From the IMG/VR virus record IMGVR_UViG_3300021138_000001: a stretch of DNA of 64,000 nt. One strand, 5' to 3'. How positions within the stretch are numbered: the first letter of the stretch is position 1; every line of letters begins with the position of its first letter. The DNA comes from a virus (Duplodnaviria > Heunggongvirae > Uroviricota > Caudoviricetes). The notes beneath the pieces are model-generated. The model saw nothing but the letters and a program-made list of their open reading frames with translations. It had not been told where the DNA came from and made no database searches. Position numbers and translations under genes: made by a program. Below, piece by piece: positions 10,444 to 19,169 of the stretch.

Positions 10444-10806
10444 TCAGCCTTCTAGAATCTTTCGTTCTAGTTCTAAATCACGATTTTCTGCTAGTTCGTT
10501 GGTAAACTTTTCTGGATACCTAGCACGCAGTTTTGCATTGTTCTTAGCCAAAACGCTCTCAAGAGAGATTCCCCTGTGATGTAGGTAGATACCAACATAC
10601 CACATAACGTCACCAATTTCTTCATCTAGATTAACCAGATCAAGAGGCTTTCCATAAAACATATTCTTCTTAATAGGATCAAGAAGTTCGCCTGCCTCTG
10701 TAGAAATGCCGATTACGGCATGAACAATGTCTACAATACTAGGATCAACGAAATAATTTTCAGTCTTGGTGCGTTGGGTATCTAGGATATAGTCACTTGG
10801 ATTCAT
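10444..10806 (-). CDS. MazG-like nucleotide pyrophosphohydrolase
   Basis: EAGELLD..KK, EEIGDVMWY, N.AKLRARYP. Confidence 0.88.
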   Translation of the reverse strand: MNPSDYILDTQRTKTENYFVDPSIVDIVHAVIGISTEAGELLDPIKKNMFYGKPLDLVNLDEEIGDVMWYVGIYLHHRGISLESVLAKNNAKLRARYPEKFTNELAENRDLELERKILEG

Positions 10807-10821
10807 TATATATGTCCTTTA

Positions 10822-10995
10822 TTAAAAGTCGCTTGTGATTAGTACACTATTTGCCCAATCCATAAAATCAATTTCCAATGGATCTAAATTATTAGGATTG
10901 GTACGATATCTGATGAGAAGTTCGCACAGCTTTTCTTCGACCGCATGAATACCATCATTTTCTGTCGGAAAATTAAAAATCTTAACTTCATCCAT
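10822..10995 (-). CDS. Small hypothetical protein, 57 aa
   Basis: AGGAGG RBS then MDEVKIFNFPTEND...; below track cutoff. Confidence 0.55.
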   Translation of the reverse strand: MDEVKIFNFPTENDGIHAVEEKLCELLIRYRTNPNNLDPLEIDFMDWANSVLITSDF

Positions 10996-11057
10996 ATTAC
11001 ACCTCCTAATACAAAATGTATAGGTACTATATAGTGTTTTTATGAGAAAATCAAGCG

Positions 11058-11459
11058 TTATTTTGATATGGCTTTTAGGTGAACTTCGGTTATCTTACAA
11101 GAAACCCATGAATTATAATAGGTTTCATTTAACAATGCGTCTTCAGCAAAAATAAACTTGGTTTCATAATAGGCACATTCAGATCGGTTTTTACATAACC
11201 TAAGGATTTCTCGATGAAATCCTTCTTTACCATATTTTTGGATATCTGCTAATAAATATTTTGATGATCCAAAATAGGTTTTCCAATCAGACTCTTTTCT
11301 GATTTTTTTCTTTTTACCATTGACTTGTTTTGTTCCGGCCAGGGTAAAGTATTTCCTGCCAATATACTGTTTTCCAGTAGTGGTGTGGGTTATTCTATAA
11401 ACAAAACCGTATGCGCCATTTGGGTCTTCAAATTCAGACCCATTATAAAACCAAGTCAC
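11058..11459 (-). CDS. Stand-alone GIY-YIG (Seg-like) endonuclease
   Basis: GFVYRIT....GKQYIGRK, YFGSS, REIL..C, YYETK..F, YN motifs. Confidence 0.8.
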   Translation of the reverse strand: MTWFYNGSEFEDPNGAYGFVYRITHTTTGKQYIGRKYFTLAGTKQVNGKKKKIRKESDWKTYFGSSKYLLADIQKYGKEGFHREILRLCKNRSECAYYETKFIFAEDALLNETYYNSWVSCKITEVHLKAISK

Positions 11460-11605
11460 TCTTCGTAGTAATACTCGGAATCGGAATCATCTTCATCAAC
11501 GAATTCTATATCTGAACCACAGAATGGACAATAATCCACCGAAGGTCCAGTATCAGAAATGACTCTAAATTCTTCTTCGCAACTGTTACAGGTAATCCAT
11601 TTCAT
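11456..11605 (-). CDS. Small zinc-ribbon protein, 49 aa
   Basis: MKWITCNSCEEEF...CPFCGS; coupled by TAATG and GTGA overlaps. Confidence 0.7.
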   Translation of the reverse strand: MKWITCNSCEEEFRVISDTGPSVDYCPFCGSDIEFVDEDDSDSEYYYEE

Positions 11606-12774
11606 TATAGGCTAAATCCCTTAAATGTAGTTTCGTTCACATCTTTATTTATATCACCAATAATATAAGAAGTAATTTCACCTTCTGTAGCATATCTAAT
11701 TAATAAATCCATATTCTTCCCCCAACGACTTTTAGGCCATCCCAACGATAACTGTTTTTGAAACGTTGCATATGAACGACCATTTTCCATACAATATTTT
11801 TTTAAATCATTGCTATAGATAAATATGTTTAGTCCTTCTATATATAGAAGTTTTACTCCGGGTCTATTATAATGTTTTTTTCCTCTATTTGCTGCACCAA
11901 TTTTATTGGCAGTTTCTGTGCCTTTTACTATTACACCATATCTTGCGTTGTTTTTACCAGAAGAAGCTTCCCTAAGTTTGATCAAACTTATTTCGGAATG
12001 TTTATGCCCTTTAAACCAGCCGCCCGCAGCCGACTGTAATATATTTCGCTTAGTTCTTTGATCTTCCGCCCCACCACCATATATATCTTCATAAGATTTA
12101 CCTTTATGATTGGGCGGTCTATTATCTTCGCATATATTTGTAAGGATGCCCCCAATATCATAATCAATTCTACCATATTTTTTGATAAGAGTTCTTTCGA
12201 TGTCATATGCTAAAGATTCGTCTTCTATATTCTGGGCATAAAACTCAATAACAGGAGAATACCCGAGAGATTTTAATTTTCGTATTTTTGCGCTTTTTCT
12301 ATTATTTCCAGATCGAGATAACACAGATTCGCTGAAATGAGAAAGGGCTCTATCATCCTTACCCTTACCAATATAAAATACCTGATTATTTCTTGGATCA
12401 ATTAGACCGTATACATAGTATAACATTTCAGTCTCCTTTATTCTATTTATAAAGACTGTGTTTGCGGCATATGTAATATGCTCTTCAGTATGGTTTGTAC
12501 CATAACAAAAAATATTATATTTCCTTTGATCTAGGGTTGGAGTAACATCCACCAGTTTATTTCCAATATCAAGTACTGAGTGCTTGAATGCGTGAAGTAT
12601 GTTGTGACTGTCTTTTATAATGTAATAACCTAAAACAGGATTTATCTCACAGTTTTTGTGGCACAAAAAGGGTAGATCGCCTTCTCTAGGAGAAATAACT
12701 ATTTCTCGCAATTTCGTTGCTTTTAATGCTTTAGCGAAAGCAACACACTCTTCAATTTCGGGAATAAAGTACAT
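11605..12774 (-). mobile_element. GIY-YIG (LEM-3-like) homing endonuclease with NUMOD3; internal start at 12426; ends in a copy of the NrdB C-terminus
   Basis: YYVYGLIDPR...FYIGKG; TATAAATA at 12444-12451 and AAGGAG before ATG 12426; ends EITSYIIGDINKDVNETTFKGFSL. Confidence 0.85.
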
Positions 12775-13880
12775 TATAGGCTAAAACTCTTAAAAGTATT
12801 TTCGTCCACATCTTTGTTTATACCACCAATAATATATGAAGTAATTTGTCCTTGTTGTGGTGCGACTTGTACTTCTGCCCCCGATATCCACTTTTGAGTC
12901 CAAGGTAGAGGATTAGACCCCATAGACTTTCCATTAAGCCCAATAGCCCCCATACGCTTATGACCAATCCAATCGACATAATCGCAGAGAAGCTTTTCAT
13001 TAAGACCAATCATAGAGCCATCCTTGAACAAATATTTTGCCCAAGTCTTTTCTTGATCAATAACTGAATCAAAAATATCAACCACTTCATTGTGAGTTTC
13101 TTCCTTGATCTTAGCAAAGTCTGGATCTTCTTGAGGAAGAATCTTTAGAAGTTGTTGAGTAGCTGCAAGGTGGACATTCTCATCACGAGCAATAAGCTTA
13201 ATGATCTTAGCATTACCTTCCATTTTCTTGACTTCAGCAAATGCCCAAGAGCAAGCAAATGATACATAGAAACGAATGCCTTCAAGAGCATTAACTGCGT
13301 TAAGGCAGAGCCATAATGCTTTTTTATGATTAAAAGAACCACCATATTGCATAGCCGCATAATTATATGTTTCAATTACACTAGATATATTATTTTGAGC
13401 AATCAAATCATCGTAATACTTACTAATATCACCAGCACATTCTACAATCTCTGGGATATCAAGCATCTCATCAAACACTACTGATGGATCGGGGTACACG
13501 TTACGAATGATATGAGTATATGAACGAGAGTGAATAGTCTCTGAAAATGACCAAGTCTGAATCCAAGTCTCAAGTTCTGGAATAGAACAAATAGGAAGGA
13601 ATGCTAGAGAGGGCGCTCTACCTTGAACCGAGTCCAAAAGAATCTGCCTCTTTAGATTGGAGGTAAAGATATGCTTCTCATGTGTAGTTAAGCTCTTAAA
13701 ATCCTTACTATCTCGTGATAGTTCAATTTCTTCTGGACGCCAAAAAAATGATAATTGTCTTTCTGTTAGCTTTTCAAATGCTGGATATTTTACTGATTCG
13801 TATCGAGCAATGTTAACTGGCTCTCCGAAGAAAGCCAGTTGCTTAGTATGATCTACTTTATGTATATTAAATACTGACAT
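12774..13880 (-). CDS. nrdB: Ribonucleotide reductase class Ia beta subunit
   Basis: FFWRPEE, DSVQGR, ETIHSRSY, LEGIRFYVSFA, RDENVH motifs. Confidence 0.98.
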   Translation of the reverse strand: MSVFNIHKVDHTKQLAFFGEPVNIARYESVKYPAFEKLTERQLSFFWRPEEIELSRDSKDFKSLTTHEKHIFTSNLKRQILLDSVQGRAPSLAFLPICSIPELETWIQTWSFSETIHSRSYTHIIRNVYPDPSVVFDEMLDIPEIVECAGDISKYYDDLIAQNNISSVIETYNYAAMQYGGSFNHKKALWLCLNAVNALEGIRFYVSFACSWAFAEVKKMEGNAKIIKLIARDENVHLAATQQLLKILPQEDPDFAKIKEETHNEVVDIFDSVIDQEKTWAKYLFKDGSMIGLNEKLLCDYVDWIGHKRMGAIGLNGKSMGSNPLPWTQKWISGAEVQVAPQQGQITSYIIGGINKDVDENTFKSFSL

Positions 13881-14107
13881 TATTCCTCTACTATTCTAAA
13901 TGCTTTTCTAGACACTATTGTATCATAATTACGGCCCTTAAGTCTAATCAAAAGACCATCACCTATACCAGAATATTGATGAGCAGATTCTACTTCCCAT
14001 ACTATACCAATTTCGCTCCACCATTGCGGATCATTAAATGTAATTTTCGTTCCTGGTGTAATTATTAAATCTTGCATATCATATTTTCCATGTTTTAAAT
14101 AGTACAA
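13880..14107 (-). CDS. Hypothetical protein
   Basis: 75-aa ORF coupled between nrdA-c and nrdB. Confidence 0.55.
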   Translation of the reverse strand: MYYLKHGKYDMQDLIITPGTKITFNDPQWWSEIGIVWEVESAHQYSGIGDGLLIRLKGRNYDTIVSRKAFRIVEE

Positions 14108-15099
14108 CTATCACAATTTTCTTCGTCAGTGTCACCTTTCGCCAGTTCTTCTACCCTCATTTCACCAGCACCATCATTCGTATTATTATAATAAAGCGTC
14201 TTAATACCATACTTATATGCCATCAAAATATGCTTTAACATTTCCGATAATGGAATCTTTTCATCAGGATAGAACTTTGGATTATAAGAAGTATTAGTAG
14301 AAATAGATTGGTCAATCCACTTTTGTAATACAGCCATAATCTTTAGATATCCTTCTGGTGAAGATTGGTCCCACAGAAGTTCATACTTATTTTTAAGTTT
14401 GCGCACTTCGGGAACAACTTGCTTTAATACACCTTCACGAGAACTCTTAATCGACACTAAAGCACGCGGAGGTTCAATTCCATTTGTAGAATTAGACACT
14501 TGAGCAGAAGTTTCTGCTGGCATTAGAGCCATTAGAGTAGAGTTACGAATGCCGTATAGATCAGCTTCTTCACGAAGAAGATTCCAGTCCATGGACACAG
14601 GACGCGAAGTTAATTCATCAACCTCCTTCTTATATGTATCTATAGGAAATTGGCCATGCCCATACTTAGTTTCATACCACTTATCACAGGCTCCCTTTTC
14701 TTTGGCTAGATCAATAGAAGCTTTAATTAGATAATAAGACCAAGCTTCTGTATATTGGTCAATTAAATCTAGATTGGGATTAGTATAGGTCATATCGTTC
14801 TTAGCCATCCAATATGCTAGATTGATAATACCAATACCTAAAGGGCGACGATTCATTGTAGAAAGTTGTGCAGCAAGAACAGGGTAACTCTGATAATCAA
14901 GTAGAGCATCAAGAGCGCGTACTGCTAGAGTACAGGGCTTTTCAAAATCAGATGTCTTTTTAATTTTACCCCAATTTATCGCACTCAAAGTGCATAAGCT
15001 AATCTCAGATTTACAATCCGATTCAAATATATCAGTCACATATACATGATCTGAATCATCATGATCAATATTATCAACAATTTCGTATTTAAAATTCAT
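14095..15099 (-). CDS. nrdA: Ribonucleotide reductase alpha subunit, C-terminal fragment (nrdA-c)
   Basis: EISLCTLSAINW (Cys462 equivalent), RRPLGIG, MPAETS, KTLYY, terminal CDSC; own AAGGA RBS. Confidence 0.95.
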   Translation of the reverse strand: MNFKYEIVDNIDHDDSDHVYVTDIFESDCKSEISLCTLSAINWGKIKKTSDFEKPCTLAVRALDALLDYQSYPVLAAQLSTMNRRPLGIGIINLAYWMAKNDMTYTNPNLDLIDQYTEAWSYYLIKASIDLAKEKGACDKWYETKYGHGQFPIDTYKKEVDELTSRPVSMDWNLLREEADLYGIRNSTLMALMPAETSAQVSNSTNGIEPPRALVSIKSSREGVLKQVVPEVRKLKNKYELLWDQSSPEGYLKIMAVLQKWIDQSISTNTSYNPKFYPDEKIPLSEMLKHILMAYKYGIKTLYYNNTNDGAGEMRVEELAKGDTDEENCDSCTI

Positions 15100-15691
15100 T
15101 ATATTTCCTTATATGTTTAGTGAAATTTCCTAAATCCCATTCTTTGTGACAACACACACAACATATTTTTTTACCCTGTAAATGAGATGTTCCATTTGGT
15201 GCTTTTTTGAGATTATATTTGCCTCGTTTTTTATTTAATTTAGATTTTCTCATTTTTTCTTTAGTTTTATCAGAAATGTGAATAACTCCACGCAAACCTT
15301 TATTCCAAGGAGTCTTTCCTTTCTTACTTAATGAAAGTTTTTTTCTATGTTCTATTGTTTGAGGTCTTTTAGGTATACCTTTTTGTGTTTTGCTAATTTT
15401 ATTTTTATGTTCTTCACTTAATCCCATTTTAGATGGGTTGTTTAGTTTCATTCTATTAGATGTATTTAAAGGGTGTTCTTTTGATTGCCAATAATGATCA
15501 TTATGCTCAATTTTATTTTTTTGTGCTTTAGAAAGGGTTTCTCTTACTTCTAACGATCTAATTTTTCCTTTATTGCTTTTAGATATTTTATCTGCGGTGG
15601 AAGAGCCTTTAACAATTCGTCCTAAAGAGGGCGAGATTTTATTTACAACGGCTTTGCTATTATTCCAAACTTCCCAATCATCTTTATACAT
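15089..15691 (-). mobile_element. NUMOD3-repeat protein (homing-endonuclease-like, no recognisable catalytic domain) inserted in nrdA
   Basis: Repeats SEEHKNKISKTQKG, TIEHRKKLSLSKKGKTPWNKG; C-terminal CxxC...GNFTKH. Confidence 0.7.
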
Positions 15692-15707
15692 TAGTTTAGT
15701 ATTAATA

Positions 15708-16703
15708 TCAGATTCGTATTTTTTTGCTTTTAATTGGGGTATTGGGATTTGATTTTTTCCATTCTAAATACTTTTTATATTCTTCTTTAGTCAGTTTCAT
15801 TACTTTAACTATTGGACTACCGTCTTTCAGATCATTTAATGGCTTAGTTGGAAGGGTAATTTCGGCGCAAAGATTTGATTGGCGAATTGGTGCGACTTCA
15901 GATAAAAATGAACCGTGATCATTACAATGATCCACATTCATTAGATATACACGTCCAGTATCCTTCCGTTCTTGAACAAATGATGAGAACATGTCAATTG
16001 CGGGTACTTGCTTTTTTCGCAGCTTTGGGTTGCGTTCTGCGCGCTCATATAATTCTCTAAATTTATTTGAGTCTACAAAGAATGCTTCATAGAGTTCTGG
16101 TACGTCATGGGGACTAAAGAGTGTGATATTTCCACCATTAATAAGTCGCTCATACATCACCTTATTGAATTGTACACCATAATCTAGATGTCGAATCCGG
16201 TTATCTTCAGTACCTTTATTATTTTTTAGGACTAAAAGTTCCTCCGCTTCCAAGTGCCAGATTGGGTAATATAATGTAGCCGCTCCTCCACGGACCCCCC
16301 CTTGAGAATTGTGAGTAAGAACCATTTCTGATTCTGGAGAATTTGCAGCAAAAAAAGTGTGTGTGTCTTCTACAGTAATATCAATATAATTAATTGAAGT
16401 ATTTCCTTTAGATACACTAATAATTTTAGTATGATTATTATCTGTTAAGATTTTATCAGAAAAAAGTAAATTATCTGGCAATACTGTAAATTGCATATTG
16501 TCTTTTTCAATCATTATTGGGTGATTTTTTGAACAATTTAATTCAGTTTTATTGTCAAAAATAAGAGTTCTTTGATCATCTATGCAAACTTCAGTTTCCC
16601 AAATGTCAGTTACAGTTTTAAAAACAACATTTTTGTTGGCATCTAAAGTTTTAATTTTCATACCAACTACCAAATCTTTTAGTTGAATTTTTTTAGTTTT
16701 CAA
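15708..16703 (-). CDS. nrdA: nrdA middle fragment (nrdA-b) preceded by 132-aa intein C-fragment
   Basis: TTG start after AAGGA; CSKNHP (block B), DITVEDTHTFFA (block F), THN|SQGGVRGGAATLYYPIW; QSNLCAEI (Cys439/Glu441 equivalents). Confidence 0.93.
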   Translation of the reverse strand: MKTKKIQLKDLVVGMKIKTLDANKNVVFKTVTDIWETEVCIDDQRTLIFDNKTELNCSKNHPIMIEKDNMQFTVLPDNLLFSDKILTDNNHTKIISVSKGNTSINYIDITVEDTHTFFAANSPESEMVLTHNSQGGVRGGAATLYYPIWHLEAEELLVLKNNKGTEDNRIRHLDYGVQFNKVMYERLINGGNITLFSPHDVPELYEAFFVDSNKFRELYERAERNPKLRKKQVPAIDMFSSFVQERKDTGRVYLMNVDHCNDHGSFLSEVAPIRQSNLCAEITLPTKPLNDLKDGSPIVKVMKLTKEEYKKYLEWKKSNPNTPIKSKKIRI

Positions 16704-17526
16704 TTTTATATTCCTTGATTTGCGGCTTATCCCAATTATGATATTGTATCATATGTTTACTAAAATTACCAAGATTATATTTTTTATTGTTATTACAATC
16801 AAAAGGACAAGCTCTATATTTATTTTTATCATTCATCGCACAATCAACACCATACTTTTCTATGTTTGTTTTTTTGCTTTTAAAATTTCTGTCTGTCCAA
16901 TCTTTTTCTTCCATAACTTTTTTATGTGTTTCTTTTGTTTTTTTATCAAACATCATATTTGTTACCCCATGTTTATCAAACATAACTTCTGATAATTTTT
17001 TTGGGTTTTTAAATGGGTTGTCTGTACCATATATTGTTTCTATAGAATTTTGTCTTGGAGTTTTTACTATATCTAAATCTAATGTATGGTGTTTTCCATA
17101 TTTTTTTATATTTGTTTTATATATTTTATCTTTTATTATTTTTGATCCTGATCCCCTTGAACCATATTTTTCTATTAATTTTGTATTTACTTTTTCTTGC
17201 ACTTTATCAAATTCAAAAGGAAATGGTCCTTCTATATTTAATGGAACCATATTATTATTCCATCTATTTAAATATTTTTTATTGTTTGGTATGTTTAATT
17301 TTTTAAGAACTTTGGTTTCCCATAATAATGCTGAATTCTTATCTTTAAAAACTTTTCTAATTTCTATTAGATTTGGTTCTCCATGTTTTTCAATAAACAA
17401 TTTTACATATTTTGAAGATGACATATAGGTACTGCCAATGTCTTCTAATTTTGCTTTTTTTGAATACCTAACTCCATAATAATATTTGTCTTGTTGTGTC
17501 CATCCTAGTAAATAAGTATAATACAT
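16693..17526 (-). mobile_element. GIY-YIG-variant homing endonuclease inserted inside the nrdA intein
   Basis: YYTYLLGW...YYYGVRY, YMSSS, WETKVL, YLN; TATAAATA at 17545-17552 and AAGGAG RBS. Confidence 0.85.
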
Positions 17527-17575
17527 ATTTTTCTCCTTTATACTTATTTATAGTTTTCTCTAACGCCACCCTGGC

Positions 17576-18481
17576 TTATTCCTCAATAACTTCGACCCAG
17601 GTTTCTGGAGTAAGACAACACGATTTAACAGCACTTTGAAAATGTTTATAAAAAGGTATAACTCCAGTATGACTAGCGTCACCATTACGAATGGGACTGC
17701 CAATAGCCCTAATACGACCAGCACCAATACCAATCCCAGCCTTTTGACTAACATACTTAACGACTGCTGCAGATGTTGCATTGATGGAATCGAGTGAGTC
17801 ATCAGTTTCGATAAGGACACATGAGCTAAACTGCCTTTGAGGCGTGCGAACTCCAGCCATAATAGGAGTAGGAAGGCTAATATCAAAAGTGCTAATGGCA
17901 TCATAAAATTCCTTTACCCATTTAAACCGATCTGTTGTGTATTTTGAAAATAGAGTCATTGCGATAAGAATGAATGACATTTGTGGTGTTTCATAGAACT
18001 TGCCCGTTACGCGGTTCTTAACAAGATACTTACCGCGAAGTTGTTCCATTGCCGCATAAGTCAGCAATTCGTCCCGAGAATGATCAATCAATGTGTCAGC
18101 AAACTTCCATTCGTCTGCAGTATATGCATCGAGTAGCTGACGATCATAATAACCTTCCTTTACTACATGTACGACATGAGTATATAGATTATCAGGAGTA
18201 AACCTACCATAAACTTCCTTACGAAGATTATAATTGATTAGGCGTCCCGCAACATATTGATAGTTTGGATGTTCTTCAGAAATCAATTCGGCAGTAGCCT
18301 TAATTAGAGTTTCTTGAATATCGGTTGACTTAATATTATTATAAAACTGAATCTGTGATTTAATTTCAATTTCAGATACAGATACTCCAGATAGACCTTC
18401 ACATGCTTGTTCAACTACCTTATGGAACTTGTTTAGATTTAACGGTTCTTTTGTTCCGTTGCGCTTAGTTACATTAATCAT
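17576..18481 (-). CDS. nrdA: nrdA N-terminal fragment (nrdA-a, ATP cone) ending in 13-aa intein N-fragment
   Basis: VTKRNG ATP cone, PTPIMAGVRT, SSCVLI, FQSAVKSC|CLTPETWVEVIEE-stop. Confidence 0.95.
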   Translation of the reverse strand: MINVTKRNGTKEPLNLNKFHKVVEQACEGLSGVSVSEIEIKSQIQFYNNIKSTDIQETLIKATAELISEEHPNYQYVAGRLINYNLRKEVYGRFTPDNLYTHVVHVVKEGYYDRQLLDAYTADEWKFADTLIDHSRDELLTYAAMEQLRGKYLVKNRVTGKFYETPQMSFILIAMTLFSKYTTDRFKWVKEFYDAISTFDISLPTPIMAGVRTPQRQFSSCVLIETDDSLDSINATSAAVVKYVSQKAGIGIGAGRIRAIGSPIRNGDASHTGVIPFYKHFQSAVKSCCLTPETWVEVIEE

Positions 18482-19152
18482 ACTTCATCCTTGGTGTTAA
18501 AATAATCTGTTAGTGCTGGGAAACTATTTAGGACTACTTCCTTACACTGTTCTGCAATACTGCGATGTTCTAGCTGAGTAGCCTTATCAGTACGAATTTC
18601 GATATAATGCACCCACGAACGAAGTGTGCCCGCCATATAAAGAGTAGACCCGGTCATGCCCTCTGGTAGAATTGCGCGAGCCTGTTCCTTAGCAATACCC
18701 TTGTTAAGTGCCCACTCATATGTCTCTTGGATTTGTGCAAGTAAACTAGCTTGGCGCATACGAAAATCTTCCGCAAGACGACGAGATTTTTCATCATCAC
18801 CCATAACAATTGAATTTTGACGATTCTTATTATCTTGTGTGCGGGCTTCCCGAAATTCAAAATTATCAGCTACCGCATATCGTTGAGAAAATTCTTGGAA
18901 TGAAAATGACCGGTGACGCAGAATTTGACGAGCAATATCACGAGTAGTTTTAATTTCCATCGTAAGACTTACCATCTCCAATGGTGACCAATGGGCATTG
19001 TTAATAAGATACTTGACTAGCTTAGGGGCAGTTTCTGTATTCATTTGATTAGCCGGATTAGATACTCGGGCAGCATATGCCACTAGATCGTTCGCATCCT
19101 TTACACCTTCAATTGTTGGTTGTGTAATACCAATTAGCTTCACATCAGACAT
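18478..19152 (-). CDS. thyX: FAD-dependent thymidylate synthase
   Basis: HWSPLE, RQILRHRSFSFQEFSQRY, QARAILP; likely start MSDVKL. Confidence 0.97.
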   Translation of the reverse strand: MSDVKLIGITQPTIEGVKDANDLVAYAARVSNPANQMNTETAPKLVKYLINNAHWSPLEMVSLTMEIKTTRDIARQILRHRSFSFQEFSQRYAVADNFEFREARTQDNKNRQNSIVMGDDEKSRRLAEDFRMRQASLLAQIQETYEWALNKGIAKEQARAILPEGMTGSTLYMAGTLRSWVHYIEIRTDKATQLEHRSIAEQCKEVVLNSFPALTDYFNTKDEV

Positions 19153-19169
19153 TTTTACCTCAAACAATA

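Noticed and set aside
11058-11459. Calling this gene T4 denA (endonuclease II) from its position after nrdB
   Set aside because: It is GIY-YIG, but the motifs resemble stand-alone Seg-like proteins; orthology cannot be supported without a search.
15099-15820. Group I intron or third intein joining nrdA-b to nrdA-c
   Set aside because: The gap is filled by ORFs with no P/Q/R/S elements, the tails lack Cys/Ser-start and HN-end motifs, and nrdA-c has its own RBS.
16720-17428. Plus-strand ORFs of 83-213 aa opposite the nrdA endonuclease
   Set aside because: Phe/Ile/Leu-rich shadows of an A-rich Lys-coding strand, with no RBS.
17560-17904. 114-aa hydrophobic ORF inside nrdA-a
   Set aside because: An alternate frame of a conserved gene with no RBS or motif support.
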